A stretch of 64,000 nt of DNA. Origin: an uncultured Candidatus Binatia bacterium (GTDB taxonomy: Bacteria; Desulfobacterota; Binatia; UBA9968; JAJDTQ01). The translations under genes were made by a program, and so were the position numbers. Under the pieces are notes generated by a model that ran no database searches, was not told the DNA's origin, and saw only the letters and a list, made by a program, of their open reading frames with translations. Shown piece after piece: positions 1 through 10,399 of this stretch; positions within the stretch are counted from its first letter, which is position 1, and each line of letters starts with the position of its first letter. The stretch lies in NCBI GenBank assembly GCA_964291295.2, contig OZ219754.1:256001-320000 (forward strand), read 5' to 3'.

Positions 1-366
1 CCCCACCGACACCGCCGGCCCGGCTCCCGCGCCCACCACGTAACGCACCAATGCGTCCAGGCGGTTGAGGCCGACCACGAAGTCGACGCCGGGGAGCCGC
101 GACACCTCCTCGGGGCTCACCTGCGCATAGCAGCCGGTGATCAGCACCCGCGCCCGCGGGCTGCGTCTCCTGGCCTTGCGCACGAGTTGCCGCGCATCCC
201 AGTCCGCCCGGTCCGTCACCGTGCAGGTATTGACGACGTAGACGTCGGCCGGCTCCTCGAAAGGCACGAGGGAGCAGGACTCCCGGGCCAGACGTTCCTG
301 GATCACCGCGGAGTCGTACTGGTTGACCTTGCAACCGAGTGTCTTGATGGCGACGCGCATGGCCAT
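1..366 (-). CDS. mtaB: tRNA methylthiotransferase MtaB/MiaB family, N-terminal part (runs off the window edge)
   Basis: Manual translation gives MAMRVAIKTLGCKVNQYDS...ADVYVVNTCTVT...ITGCYAQ (UPF0004 motif). It lies directly downstream of mnmA. Confidence 0.85.
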   Translation of the reverse strand, partial: MAMRVAIKTLGCKVNQYDSAVIQERLARESCSLVPFEEPADVYVVNTCTVTDRADWDARQLVRKARRRSPRARVLITGCYAQVSPEEVSRLPGVDFVVGLNRLDALVRYVVGAGAGPAVSVG

Positions 367-372
367 CCGTGG

Positions 373-1455
373 TCAGAAGCACCGCGCCTTGTCGATCCAG
401 CCGCCGCCCAGGACCTGATCGTCACGGTAGAACACGGCGGCCTGCCCCGGGCTCACCGACGCCAGCGGTTCGTCCGGGCGCACGGCCACGCCGTCGCCGT
501 CCAGCGGCCTCAACGTGCACGAGACCGGTTGCGAGCGGTAACGCACCTGAACCTCGGCGGCGGTCTCTTCGGTCGGCGGGGCGGCGAGCCAGTTCAGGCC
601 GCTGGCGGTGAAGGACGGCGTGCGCAGTGCTTCGCGCGGGCCCACCACCACCCGTCTCCGTTCCGCGTCGATGTGCAGCACGTACAACGGCCGCGGCGCC
701 GCGATGCCCAGGCCCCTTCGCTGCCCCACGGTGAACCGGTGCACCCCCTGGTGATGCCCCAGGACATTCCCGCGGCTGTCCACCACCTCTCCGGAACCGG
801 GCTGGCCAGACCCGGCCAGGGACGCCACCACGGTGCGGTAGTCTCCGAGACAGATGTCCTGGCTCTCCGGCCGTTCGGCCACCGGAAGCCCCATCGTCCG
901 TGCCTTGGCGCGCACCGCGTCCTTGCGCAGATCACCCAAGGGAAACACGATGTGCGCGAGCTGGCGCGCGGAGAGCGCGAAGAGAAAGTACGACTGGTCC
1001 TTGCGGCGATCCGTCCCGCGCAGCAGCAGGGCTTCGCCGCACCGGTGCCGGGTGCGGGCGTAGTGGCCCGTGGCCACCCGGGAAATTCCCCGGGCCTCGG
1101 CCCACTCCAACAGCTTCTCGATCTTGAATCGGCGATTGCAGGCCACGCACGGATTGGGCGTGACGCCGGCCCGGTAACCCTGCGCGAACGGCGTCACCAC
1201 GGCCTTCCGGAAGTCGTCCCGCTGGTCCAGCACCGTGTGCGGAATGCCCAGCAGGGCCGCCACCTCTGCCGCTCCCCGATGATCCGAGCAGTTGCGCGGT
1301 CCCGGGTCGCCGCCCTCCCACAGGCGCAACGACACACCCACCACATCGTACCCCTGCTCCAACAGGAGACCGGCCGCCACCGAGCTGTCCACGCCCCCGC
1401 TCATGGCCACCGCCACTGTTCTCCGCACCGCTGTTCTCCGCGCCGCTGATTCCAC
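373..1455 (-). CDS. mnmA: tRNA 2-thiouridylase MnmA
   Basis: Motifs AMSGGVDSS, TPNPCVACN, ATGHYAR, KDQSYFL and TVGQRRGLG. The GTG start is approximate. Confidence 0.95.
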   Translation of the reverse strand: MESAARRTAVRRTVAVAMSGGVDSSVAAGLLLEQGYDVVGVSLRLWEGGDPGPRNCSDHRGAAEVAALLGIPHTVLDQRDDFRKAVVTPFAQGYRAGVTPNPCVACNRRFKIEKLLEWAEARGISRVATGHYARTRHRCGEALLLRGTDRRKDQSYFLFALSARQLAHIVFPLGDLRKDAVRAKARTMGLPVAERPESQDICLGDYRTVVASLAGSGQPGSGEVVDSRGNVLGHHQGVHRFTVGQRRGLGIAAPRPLYVLHIDAERRRVVVGPREALRTPSFTASGLNWLAAPPTEETAAEVQVRYRSQPVSCTLRPLDGDGVAVRPDEPLASVSPGQAAVFYRDDQVLGGGWIDKARCF

Positions 1456-1491
1456 CGTGCTTTCCGCGTGTCCGGGTCGCCCGCCCCTCCC

Positions 1492-1517
1492 GGATTCCCG
1501 CCTGCGCGGGAATGACG
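1492..1517. repeat. dRS3/RPE-like palindromic intergenic repeat (ATTCCC-N8-GGGAAT)
   Basis: GGATTCCCGCCTGCGCGGGAATGACG between cysE and mnmA. Confidence 0.7.
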
Positions 1518-1535
1518 GATTCGGGGTCGGGTTCG

Positions 1536-2249
1536 TCAATGCCGGGTTCCCGTACCGGCGGGTCTCCTCGACCGCTGCCGCGCCTCCAGGCTGCCCTGCT
1601 TGACGTCGAGCTCGTTCACCCGCTTCTCCAGCCTCCGGATGTACTCCGCCAGACTGTCGAGAGACTTGGCCATGGGGTCGGGCAGCCGGTCGTGATCGAG
1701 GGGGATGGGGTGCTCGACCGGATCCCGCCGCACGCCGTGCCCTTCGACCACCTTTCCCGGCACACCCACCACAGTGGCATTCTCCGGCACGTCCCGCACC
1801 ACCACCGACCCGGAGCCGATCCTGCTGTTGCGCCCCACCACCACCGGACCCAGCACGGCGGCGCCGGCGCCGATGACGACGCCGTCCTCCACCGTGGGAT
1901 GGCGCTTCTCCCGGCGCAGATTGACGCCGCCCAGGGTCACGCCCTGGAACAGGGTCACATCGTCGCCGACCTCCGCGGTCTCGCCGATGACCACCCCCAT
2001 GCCGTGATCGATGAAGAACCGGCGCCCCACCGCGGCGCCGGGATGGATTTCGACGCCCGTGAGAAAGCGGCTCAGTTGACCCAACAGCCGCGCCGGATTC
2101 CTCCAGCCGGCGCGCCACATCCGGTGGGCGAGGCGGTGGAGCAGCAGCGCGTGTACCCCCGGATAGCAGAACAGGACCTCGAACCGGTTGCGCGCCGCGG
2201 GATCCCGCTCGAAGGCCACCCGGGCGTCCTCTTTCAGAATGCTCCACAT
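1536..2249 (-). CDS. cysE: serine O-acetyltransferase
   Basis: [16 protein letters not shown] and [26 protein letters not shown] hexapeptide repeats. Confidence 0.95.
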   Translation of the reverse strand: MWSILKEDARVAFERDPAARNRFEVLFCYPGVHALLLHRLAHRMWRAGWRNPARLLGQLSRFLTGVEIHPGAAVGRRFFIDHGMGVVIGETAEVGDDVTLFQGVTLGGVNLRREKRHPTVEDGVVIGAGAAVLGPVVVGRNSRIGSGSVVVRDVPENATVVGVPGKVVEGHGVRRDPVEHPIPLDHDRLPDPMAKSLDSLAEYIRRLEKRVNELDVKQGSLEARQRSRRPAGTGTRH

Positions 2250-2290
2250 GGGCGGCTCGCAGGCGGAGAAGACGCGGACGGGTGGCTCCG

Positions 2291-3919
2291 TCAGTGCGCG
2301 GGCGCCGCCGCCGGCGACTTGCCGGCGTGGGTCTTGCCGCCGTGGCCCTTCCTCTTCCTGTCCTTGTAGAGCTTGTAGTCGATGCTGTCCACGAGCGCCT
2401 GCCAGCTCGCCTCGATGACGTTCTGGGACACCCCCACCGTGCCCCACTGGCTGCGGCCGTCGCCCGACTCGATGAGCACCCGCACGGTGGCGCCGGTGCC
2501 CTCCCCGGACGACAGCACCCGCACCTTGTAGTCCAGCAACTCCACCTCTTCCAGCGACGGGAAGAACCCGGTCAGCGCCTTGCGCAGAGCCCTGTCCAGC
2601 GCATGCACGGGGCCGCTGCCCAAGGCCGCCGCATGCTCCATCACCCCGTTTACCTCCACCTTGACGGTGGCCTCCGAGAGCGGCGGCTCGTTCTCGACCC
2701 GCTTCTCGTCGATGACCCGGAATCCGTCCAGGCGGAAATTGCGCTTCTTCCTTCCCAGCGCTTCCTGGATCAGCAACTCGAAGGAGGCCTCGGCGGCCTC
2801 GAACTCGTAGCCCTGGCTCTCCAGCTCCTTGATCCGATTGAGAATCTGATGCACCGCCTGGTCCTGGCCGTGCAGGTCGATGTCGTATTCCCGCGCCTTG
2901 TAGACGATGTTGCTGCGGCCGGACAGGTCGGAAACCAGCACCCGCTGGCGGCTTCCCACCAGCTCGGGCTCAATGTGCTCGTAGGTCTCGCGATTCTTGA
3001 TGATGCCCGAGACGTGGAGCCCGCCCTTGTGAGCGAAGGCGCTGTCGCCCACATAGGCCTGCCGCTTGCTGGGCATGACGTTGGCGAGTTCGTACACGAG
3101 ATGCGAGATCTCCCGGAGCTTGCGCAACTGCGACGGACGCACGCACTTGTAGCCCTGCTTCAACTGCAGGTTGGGCAGCACCGAGCACAGGTTCAGATTG
3201 CCGCAACGCTCTCCGAAACCGTTGATGGTGCCCTGGACCTGGCGTACGCCGTTTTCCACCGCCACCAAGGTGTTGGCCACGGCCAGTTCGCAGTCGTTGT
3301 GGCAATGGACCCCCAGCGGCACCGTGACCGTCGCCTTGGCGCGCACCACCGCGGCGCCGACATCGGCGGGCATGCCGCCGCCGTTGGTGTCGCACAGGAC
3401 GATCCAGTCGGCGCCGCCGGCCGCTGCCGCCCGGAGACACTCCAACGCGAACTCCGGGTTGCTGCGGTAGCCGTCGAAGAAATGCTCGGCGTCGAACATC
3501 ACTTCGTCCACGCGCGACTTCATGAAAGCGATGGAATCGGCGATGACCTCCAGGTTGGCCTTTTTGCTGATGCGCAGGTCGTCGCGCACGTGCAGATCCC
3601 AGGTCTTGCCCACCAGCGTGACCACCGGGGTCGCGGCCGCCAGCAGGAGTTTCAGGCTGGCATCCTGGGCCGGCTTCACCGACGGCCGGCGTGTGGTGCC
3701 GAAAGCCGCCACCCGGGTCTTCCGGAGATCCCGGTTGCGGATCTCCTTGAAAAACTCGGCGTCGCGGGGATTGGAGCCGGGGTAGCCGCCTTCAACGTAG
3801 TGAATCCCCAAGTCCGCCAGCCTCTCGGCGACACGCAGCTTGTCCTTCAGGCTGAAGGAGACGTCCTCGCTCTGGCACCCGTCCCGCAAGGTCGTGTCGT
3901 ACAGCAACAGATCACTCAT
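2291..3919 (-). CDS. cimA: citramalate synthase (alpha-isopropylmalate synthase family)
   Basis: [38 protein letters not shown] and AFAHKGGLH. Confidence 0.9.
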   Translation of the reverse strand: MSDLLLYDTTLRDGCQSEDVSFSLKDKLRVAERLADLGIHYVEGGYPGSNPRDAEFFKEIRNRDLRKTRVAAFGTTRRPSVKPAQDASLKLLLAAATPVVTLVGKTWDLHVRDDLRISKKANLEVIADSIAFMKSRVDEVMFDAEHFFDGYRSNPEFALECLRAAAAGGADWIVLCDTNGGGMPADVGAAVVRAKATVTVPLGVHCHNDCELAVANTLVAVENGVRQVQGTINGFGERCGNLNLCSVLPNLQLKQGYKCVRPSQLRKLREISHLVYELANVMPSKRQAYVGDSAFAHKGGLHVSGIIKNRETYEHIEPELVGSRQRVLVSDLSGRSNIVYKAREYDIDLHGQDQAVHQILNRIKELESQGYEFEAAEASFELLIQEALGRKKRNFRLDGFRVIDEKRVENEPPLSEATVKVEVNGVMEHAAALGSGPVHALDRALRKALTGFFPSLEEVELLDYKVRVLSSGEGTGATVRVLIESGDGRSQWGTVGVSQNVIEASWQALVDSIDYKLYKDRKRKGHGGKTHAGKSPAAAPAH

Positions 3920-3923
3920 GCGC

Positions 3924-5153
3924 TCACCTGCCTTCGATCAGAGAAGCGTGCAGCGAATCGACGGCCCGATGGCTGTCCTTCTCGTCGATCACCACCGATA
4001 TCTTGATCTCGGAGGTCGAGATCATCTCGATATTGATGGACTGCTCCGCCAGGGTCTGGAACATCTTGGCCGCTATGCCCGCGTGCGTCCTCACGCCGAC
4101 GCCCACCACCGACACCTTGGCGACACGGGTATCGGAGGCGACCCCTTCAGCTTGAATCAAGGGGGCGGTTTTTTCAATCAGTTCCATGGCCTTTCCGTGG
4201 TCCTTCCTGGGCACCGTGAAGGTGACGTCGGTGCTGACGTCGGTACCGCCGCCAGCGCTGGCGTTCTGAATGATCATGTCCACCACGATATGGGCCTCCG
4301 CGATGGGACCGAAGATCTGGGCGGCGAGTCCGGGGCGGTCGGGCACGCCGCGGAGGGTGATCTTGGCTTCGTCGTTGTCGCAAGTCACTGCCGAAACCAG
4401 AACCGAATCCATTTGCTGTTCCTCCTCCTGGACCAGCCAGGTGCCCTCGACGTCGTTGAAGCTCGAACGCAGGTGCACCCTGACGCCGAACTTCTTCGCC
4501 AGTTCCACCGAGCGGATCTGCAGCACCCGGGCTCCCAGGCTGGCCATTTCCAGCATTTCATCGCAGGTGATCCGGTCGAGTTTCCTGGCCCTGGGGCACA
4601 CGACGGGATCGGCCGTGTAGATCCCGTCCACGTCGGTGTAGATCTCGCACACCGAGGCGCCCAGAGCGGCGGCCATGGCCACGGCGCTGGTGTCCGATCC
4701 GCCGCGGCCCAGGGTGGTGATGTTGTCGCGCTCATCGACCCCCTGAAAGCCCGCCACCACCACCACCTCGCCGCGCTTGAGCGACTCCAGCACGCGGGAG
4801 GAGTCGATGCTCTTGATGCGCGCCCGGCCGAACACGCTGTCGGTGGCGATGCGCACCTGATGGCCGAGGAACGAGCGCGCCGCCTGGCCCTGGTCCTTGA
4901 GCGCCAGCGCCAGCAGGGCGCAGGAGACCTGCTCCCCGGACGCCAGCAGCACGTCGATCTCCCGATCGTCCACGTGAGACGACACCTGCCGGGCCAGATT
5001 CAGGAGCCGGTTGGTCTCGCCGGACATGGCCGACACCACCACCACCACGTCGTTCCCCCGCCGGCGGGCGGCCGCCACGCGGTTCGCGACGTTGTGGATG
5101 CGCTCCACCATGCCGACGGACGTGCCGCCGTATTTCTGTACGATCAGTGCCAT
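3924..5153 (-). CDS. lysC: aspartate kinase
   Basis: QKYGGTSV, TLGRGGSDTSA, YTDVDG and two C-terminal ACT domains. Confidence 0.95.
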   Translation of the reverse strand: MALIVQKYGGTSVGMVERIHNVANRVAAARRRGNDVVVVVSAMSGETNRLLNLARQVSSHVDDREIDVLLASGEQVSCALLALALKDQGQAARSFLGHQVRIATDSVFGRARIKSIDSSRVLESLKRGEVVVVAGFQGVDERDNITTLGRGGSDTSAVAMAAALGASVCEIYTDVDGIYTADPVVCPRARKLDRITCDEMLEMASLGARVLQIRSVELAKKFGVRVHLRSSFNDVEGTWLVQEEEQQMDSVLVSAVTCDNDEAKITLRGVPDRPGLAAQIFGPIAEAHIVVDMIIQNASAGGGTDVSTDVTFTVPRKDHGKAMELIEKTAPLIQAEGVASDTRVAKVSVVGVGVRTHAGIAAKMFQTLAEQSINIEMISTSEIKISVVIDEKDSHRAVDSLHASLIEGR

Positions 5154-5208
5154 GCCCGAAGATCCCGCGCGGAATACCGGGGCGCGGGCCGCAACCCGCC
5201 CCTGCAGG

Positions 5209-5712
5209 TCACCTTGCGCCGCCGCTCAATCCCGCGCCCGCCTCCCTCAACCGCGCCACCATCTCCCGATAGCGCGGGCCGTGGGCCAAGAAACGCAGCT
5301 CACGCCGCGACTCGTCCACGTAGCGGAACGCGACGCCCAGAAACTCGACGACCCCCACCGCGTCCAGGCGCTCGAACCACTCGATCACGCAGACGTTGCC
5401 GGACGCGAAGTACTCCTCCAGATGAAGCTCCTCCATCTCGGCTCCCCGGGCCACGCGGAACAGGTCCACGTGGACCAGCGGAAGGCGGCCCTGGTACTCG
5501 TTGATGAGCGTGAAGGTCGGGCTCCGGACCCAACTGTTGCCGCCCACCCCGAGCCCTTCGGCCAGACCGTGCACGAAGCAGGTCTTGCCGCTCCCGAGAT
5601 CGCCGGAAAGACCCAGGATCTCGCCGCCCCCCAGCAGTGCGGCCAGCGCGCGCCCCAGCGCCCGGGTGTCTTCGGGCGAGCCGGTGGTGACCGGGTAGCC
5701 GTGGGTCGTCAA
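5209..5712 (-). CDS. tsaE: t6A biosynthesis ATPase TsaE
   Basis: GDLGSGKT, SPTFTLINEY, HVDLFR and VIEW. The TTG start overlaps the nnr stop codon. Confidence 0.9.
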   Translation of the reverse strand: MTTHGYPVTTGSPEDTRALGRALAALLGGGEILGLSGDLGSGKTCFVHGLAEGLGVGGNSWVRSPTFTLINEYQGRLPLVHVDLFRVARGAEMEELHLEEYFASGNVCVIEWFERLDAVGVVEFLGVAFRYVDESRRELRFLAHGPRYREMVARLREAGAGLSGGAR

Positions 5713-7277
5713 ATCCGTATCCCCTCCCTGGCCCGCGCCAGTTCCTTGATGGCCCGCGGCAGTTCGTCCACCAGATCCGAGGCGATGAGGCCGGCGCCGC
5801 CGAGGTCGGCCGCCACCCGGTCGCCGGTATGGCCATGAAGGTACACGCCCAGGCGCACGGCCTCCTCCGGTGGCAGGCCCTGGGCCAGGAACCCGGCAAC
5901 GATACCGGCGAGGATGTCGCCCATGCCGCCGCTGGCCATGCCGGAATTGCCGGTGGGGTTGATGGAGACCTGCCCCGCCGGCGTGGCCATCACCGTCCGC
6001 GCACCCTTGAGGACCACGTGGCAACGGTGGTCCGCGGCAAAGGCCCGCGCCACGCCGATACGGTCGCCGTTGACCTCCGCCGTACCCAGACCCGTCAGGC
6101 GGCTCATCTCCCCGGGGTGCGGCGTCAGCACCGGCGGCACCCGCGCCCCCCGCAGCCGGCTCACGTCCTCCGCCAGGCTGTTGAGCCCGTCGGCATCGAT
6201 GAGCCACGGCAGGCGGCAGTGCTCCAGCAGCGTCTCCAGCGTCTTCCCGGCGCAAGCGTGTACACCCACGCCGGGACCGTAGAGCAGCGCGCTCTTGCGC
6301 TCCGCCAGGCTCTCCCAGTCGGCGGCGCGCAACGCCGGCCACTGGTCCTCGCCCGGCTGGCCCAGCGGCTCGGTCATGGGCTCCACCAGAGCCCCGGCCA
6401 GGATCTCGTCGAGTCCGCGGGGAGCCGCCAGGGTCACCAGTCCCGTGCCCACGCGCATGGCCGCGCGGCAGCCCAGCACCGCGGCGCCGGTCTTGCCCCG
6501 TGACCCGGCCATCACCAGCAGATGGCCGAAGCTGCCCTTGTGCGAATCGTCCGCCCGCCTCGGCAGGAGCCGCGCCGCGCCGGCCGTGTCCAGCAGATCC
6601 ACCGACGGCTTCACCTCGGCCACCGCCCGGGGATCGATGCCGATGTCCGCCACCACCAGTTCGCCGCTGTAGGCGACGCCGGGGTAGACCACCTGTCCGG
6701 TCTTGGGAAAACCCAGGGTCACCGTCAGCCGGGCCCGGACCGCGGCGCCCAAGGGCGTGCCGCGGTCGGCGTCCAGCCCTGACGGCGTGTCCACCGCTAT
6801 GACGGGAACGTCCGAGGCGTTCATGAGATCCACCACGTCCGCCAGAAAACCCTCCACGGGGCTGCGCAACCCGGTCCCCAGCAGCGCGTCCACCAGGACC
6901 CCCTTGCCCTTGATGCAGCCGCGCAGGACTTCGATGCCCCCGGCCGGAATCTCCGTGAGCCGCCCCCCCAGGGAACGATAGCGCCGGAGATTGGTGGCGG
7001 CATCCGGTGACAGTTCGTCCGGCCGGGCGACGCTGGCCACCTCGCACGGGAACCCCCGGTCGTGCAGCAACCGCGCGATCACCAGACCGTCGCCGCCGTT
7101 GTTGCCCTTGCCCGCCACCACCAGAACGCCGCGCTTCGCCCGACGGCCCCAGCGCTCGAGAAGCACAGCCACCACGCCCTGCCCCGCGCGCTCCATGAGT
7201 TCCAGGCTCGGAACACCGTGGGTGTGGATGGTGAGATGGTCCAGGCGGCGCATCTCCGCGGCGGTGACGACCCGCAT
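5709..7277 (-). CDS. nnr: bifunctional NAD(P)H-hydrate epimerase/dehydratase (YjeF)
   Basis: LMERAG, GKGNNGGDG, DALLGTG, SHKGSFG, LTPHPGEM and ASGGMGDILAG. Confidence 0.93.
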   Translation of the reverse strand: MRVVTAAEMRRLDHLTIHTHGVPSLELMERAGQGVVAVLLERWGRRAKRGVLVVAGKGNNGGDGLVIARLLHDRGFPCEVASVARPDELSPDAATNLRRYRSLGGRLTEIPAGGIEVLRGCIKGKGVLVDALLGTGLRSPVEGFLADVVDLMNASDVPVIAVDTPSGLDADRGTPLGAAVRARLTVTLGFPKTGQVVYPGVAYSGELVVADIGIDPRAVAEVKPSVDLLDTAGAARLLPRRADDSHKGSFGHLLVMAGSRGKTGAAVLGCRAAMRVGTGLVTLAAPRGLDEILAGALVEPMTEPLGQPGEDQWPALRAADWESLAERKSALLYGPGVGVHACAGKTLETLLEHCRLPWLIDADGLNSLAEDVSRLRGARVPPVLTPHPGEMSRLTGLGTAEVNGDRIGVARAFAADHRCHVVLKGARTVMATPAGQVSINPTGNSGMASGGMGDILAGIVAGFLAQGLPPEEAVRLGVYLHGHTGDRVAADLGGAGLIASDLVDELPRAIKELARAREGIRI

Positions 7278-7281
7278 GGGG

Positions 7282-8013
7282 TTACCGGCCGGCCGGCTCC
7301 GCGGCGGCAATGAGGGCCTTGATTTCACGGACCGCCCGGGCCATCCCCACCATGATGGAGCGGGCGACGATGCTGTGCCCGATGTTGAGTTCGACGATCT
7401 CTCCGATGGCGGCGATGGGGGCGACGTTCGCGGCGTTGAGGCCGTGGCCGCCGTGAACCTCCAGTCCGAGGGCGGCGGCGGCCGCCGCCGCCTGCCGCAC
7501 GGCCGCGAGCTCCTCGTCCACCCGCGGGCCGCTGGCGTTGGCATAGGTTCCGGTGTGAATCTCCACCGCGGCGGCGCCCGTCTCCCGGCTGGCTTCGAGC
7601 TGCCGCGGGTCGGGGTCCACGAACAGGCTCACCTGAATCCCCGCGTCCCGCAGGCGGGCCACCACCTCCGCGAGCAAGCCGCCGTGGGCGGCGACGTCGA
7701 GCCCGCCCTCGGTGGTCAACTCCTCACGCCGCTCGGGCACCAGGCAGGCGTGGTCCGGCCTGAGAGTCAGGGCGTGGCGGGCCATTTCCGGGGTTCCCGC
7801 CATTTCCAGGTTGAGCCGCGCGGTCAGCCGGCGCCGCAGCCGGGCGACGTCCCGCTCCTGGATGTGCCGGCGGTCTTCGCGCAAATGCACCGTAATCAGG
7901 TCGGCGCCGGCCTGTTCGGCCAGCAGCGCCGCCTCCACCGGATCCGGGACGTCGATGCGGCGCGCCTGGCGCACGGTCGCCACATGGTCCACGTTGACAC
8001 CCAGGCGCGTCAC
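7282..8013 (-). CDS. pdxJ: pyridoxine 5'-phosphate synthase
   Basis: [32 protein letters not shown] and ELNIGHSI. Confidence 0.97.
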   Translation of the reverse strand: MTRLGVNVDHVATVRQARRIDVPDPVEAALLAEQAGADLITVHLREDRRHIQERDVARLRRRLTARLNLEMAGTPEMARHALTLRPDHACLVPERREELTTEGGLDVAAHGGLLAEVVARLRDAGIQVSLFVDPDPRQLEASRETGAAAVEIHTGTYANASGPRVDEELAAVRQAAAAAAALGLEVHGGHGLNAANVAPIAAIGEIVELNIGHSIVARSIMVGMARAVREIKALIAAAEPAGR

Positions 8014-9434
8014 GCCGGTGCCCCCAGATCGGACTCGATGGCGTCGGCGATGCCTTGTGCCAGGCGCCGTATCTCGTCCTCCGCCTCCCCTTCGAGCATC
8101 ACCCGGGCCAGCGGCTCGGTGCCGGAATAGCGCACCAGCACCCGGCCCCGCCCGTCCAGCAGGTGCTCGCTCTCGGTGATGCGCGCCTGCACCCGGGCGA
8201 GTTCGGAGAACGGGCGCTTGTCGCGCACCGGCACGTTGACGATGACCTGCGGCAACTTGCCCATGATGCGGCGCAGCTCGCCCAGGGGCTTCTCCCGCTC
8301 GGTCATGAGGGCCAGCACCTGCAACGCGGTAAGGCAGCCGTCGCCCGTGGTGTTGTGGTCCAGGAACACCACATGCCCGGACTGCTCGCCGCCGAGGTTG
8401 TGGCCGCCGCGGCGCATGGCCTCCACCACGCAGCGGTCGCCGATGGCGGTGCGCACGACGCCGATGCCGTGTGCGCGCAGGGCCAGGTCGAGCCCCATGT
8501 TGCTCATCACCGTGGCCACCACGGCGCCGGTGGGCAGCCGCCCGGCGCGGTTCATCTCAACGGCGCACAGAGCCAGAACCTCGTCGCCGTCCACCAGTTC
8601 GCCCTTCTCGTCGATGAAGAGCGCCCGGTCGGCATCGCCGTCCAGGCACACCGCCAGATCCGCGCCGTGCTCCCGAAGCGCCGCCCGGGCCTTCTCCGGA
8701 TGCACCGAGCCGCAGTCCTGGTTGATGTTGGTGCCGTCGGGTTCCACCGCCACCGGCACGACCTCGGCGCCCAACTCCCTCAGAACCTCCGGCACCACGC
8801 GGTAGCCGGCGCCGTTGGCGCAGTCCACGACAACCTTCAGACCCTCCAGGGTCAGGTGCTCCGGAAAGGTGTTCTTGAGAAAGTCGACGGTCCGCCCCAT
8901 GGCGTCGGCAATGCGGTACGCCTTGCCGATCTCCGCCGCCGCCGGGCGCCGGGCGGTGTCGTCCGGACCCCGGACCATCGCCTCCATGCGCCGCTCCCAT
9001 TGGTCGGGGAGCTTGAAGCCGTCGCTGGAGAAGAACTTGATGCCGTTGTCCTGGTAGGCGTTGTGCGACGCCGAAATCACCACCCCCGCGTCCGCCCGCA
9101 TGCTCCGGGTGAGAAACGCCACCCCCGGCGTGGGCAACGGCCCCACCAGCAGCACATCCGCCCCCATGGAGCAGATCCCCGACGCCAGCGCGGTCTCGAA
9201 CATGTAGCCGGAAAGACGGGTATCCTTGCCGACCAGGATCCGCCGCCGGTGCCGGCGCTTTCGTCCGAGGGCACCCGGAGAGGGCTTGTCGTCGGCCACC
9301 ACGCGGGCGATGGCCCGGCCCAGCTTCAACGAGATTTCCGAAGTCATCGGATCCTCGTTGGCCACGCCGCGAATGCCGTCGGTGCCGAACAGCCGGCCCG
9401 CACCCGGTATGGTTGGCGATCTGTCCGAGGTCAT
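8010..9434 (-). CDS. glmM: phosphoglucosamine mutase
   Basis: [21 protein letters not shown] and GGEQSGH. Confidence 0.96.
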   Translation of the reverse strand: MTSDRSPTIPGAGRLFGTDGIRGVANEDPMTSEISLKLGRAIARVVADDKPSPGALGRKRRHRRRILVGKDTRLSGYMFETALASGICSMGADVLLVGPLPTPGVAFLTRSMRADAGVVISASHNAYQDNGIKFFSSDGFKLPDQWERRMEAMVRGPDDTARRPAAAEIGKAYRIADAMGRTVDFLKNTFPEHLTLEGLKVVVDCANGAGYRVVPEVLRELGAEVVPVAVEPDGTNINQDCGSVHPEKARAALREHGADLAVCLDGDADRALFIDEKGELVDGDEVLALCAVEMNRAGRLPTGAVVATVMSNMGLDLALRAHGIGVVRTAIGDRCVVEAMRRGGHNLGGEQSGHVVFLDHNTTGDGCLTALQVLALMTEREKPLGELRRIMGKLPQVIVNVPVRDKRPFSELARVQARITESEHLLDGRGRVLVRYSGTEPLARVMLEGEAEDEIRRLAQGIADAIESDLGAPA

Positions 9435-9451
9435 GGCTCCCTTCCGGAGAA

Positions 9452-10345
9452 TCAGCGGACGCGGTCCGCGACGCGCACGGCCTGGCAGGTCTCCCACACG
9501 TCGTGTGCCCGGACGATGTCGGCTCCGGCCAGGACCGCCGCGGTGGCGGCGGCAAGGCTTCCCGCCAGCCGGCCCGCCGGTGCCGGCGCCGACCCGGCCG
9601 ACGCTTCCAGACGTCCCAGAAACGACTTGCGGGACAACCCCGCCAGCACCGGCCGCCCCAGGGACCGGAACGACCCAAGGTGCCGCAGCAACGCCAGGTT
9701 GTGCTCCAGGCTCTTGCCGAAGCCGATGCCCGGATCCACCACGATCCGGTCGCGGGCGACCCCCTTGCCGGCCGCGTGGGCGACGCGTTCCGCGAGAAAT
9801 TCGGCGACCTCGCGCACGACGTCGTCGTAGCGGGGCGCGCGCTGCATGGTCCGGGGGCGGCCGCGCATGTGCATGAGCACCACCGGAACGTTCTCGCGCG
9901 CCACCAGACCCGCCATGTCGGGGTCGAACCGCAGGGCGCTGATGTCATTGACCATGTCGGCGCCCGCGTCCAGAGCCCCCCGGGCCACCTCCGCCTTGTA
10001 GGTGTCGATGCTGATGGGCGCCGCGATCCGCCGCCGCAGTTGGCGGATCACCGGGATCACCCGCGCGCGCTCCTCGGCCGCCGACACCGCGGCAGCGCCC
10101 GGGCGGGTCGATTCTCCGCCCACGTCCACGATACTCGCGCCCTGGCGCACCATCTCCACGCCCCTGGCGACCGCGGACTCGATATCGGGATACCGGCCGC
10201 CGTCGGAAAAGGAATCCGGGGTGACGTTGAGGATGCCCATGACCGCCGCACCGCCACGCATGTCCACCCGCCCGTGGCGGGTCACCAGCACCGGGCCGGA
10301 GTCTCGGGACGATGACGGCTCGGGCCGGTTCCGCTTGGTACGCAT
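9452..10345 (-). CDS. folP: dihydropteroate synthase
   Basis: MGILNVTPDSFSDGG, DVGGESTRPG, DPGIGFGK, SRKSF and RAHDV. Start codon uncertain. Confidence 0.95.
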   Translation of the reverse strand: MRTKRNRPEPSSSRDSGPVLVTRHGRVDMRGGAAVMGILNVTPDSFSDGGRYPDIESAVARGVEMVRQGASIVDVGGESTRPGAAAVSAAEERARVIPVIRQLRRRIAAPISIDTYKAEVARGALDAGADMVNDISALRFDPDMAGLVARENVPVVLMHMRGRPRTMQRAPRYDDVVREVAEFLAERVAHAAGKGVARDRIVVDPGIGFGKSLEHNLALLRHLGSFRSLGRPVLAGLSRKSFLGRLEASAGSAPAPAGRLAGSLAAATAAVLAGADIVRAHDVWETCQAVRVADRVR

Positions 10346-10399
10346 GTCACGGGTCACTCGCGACCGGGACGCCGCCGCACCGGGTGTGTCGCGGCCTCG

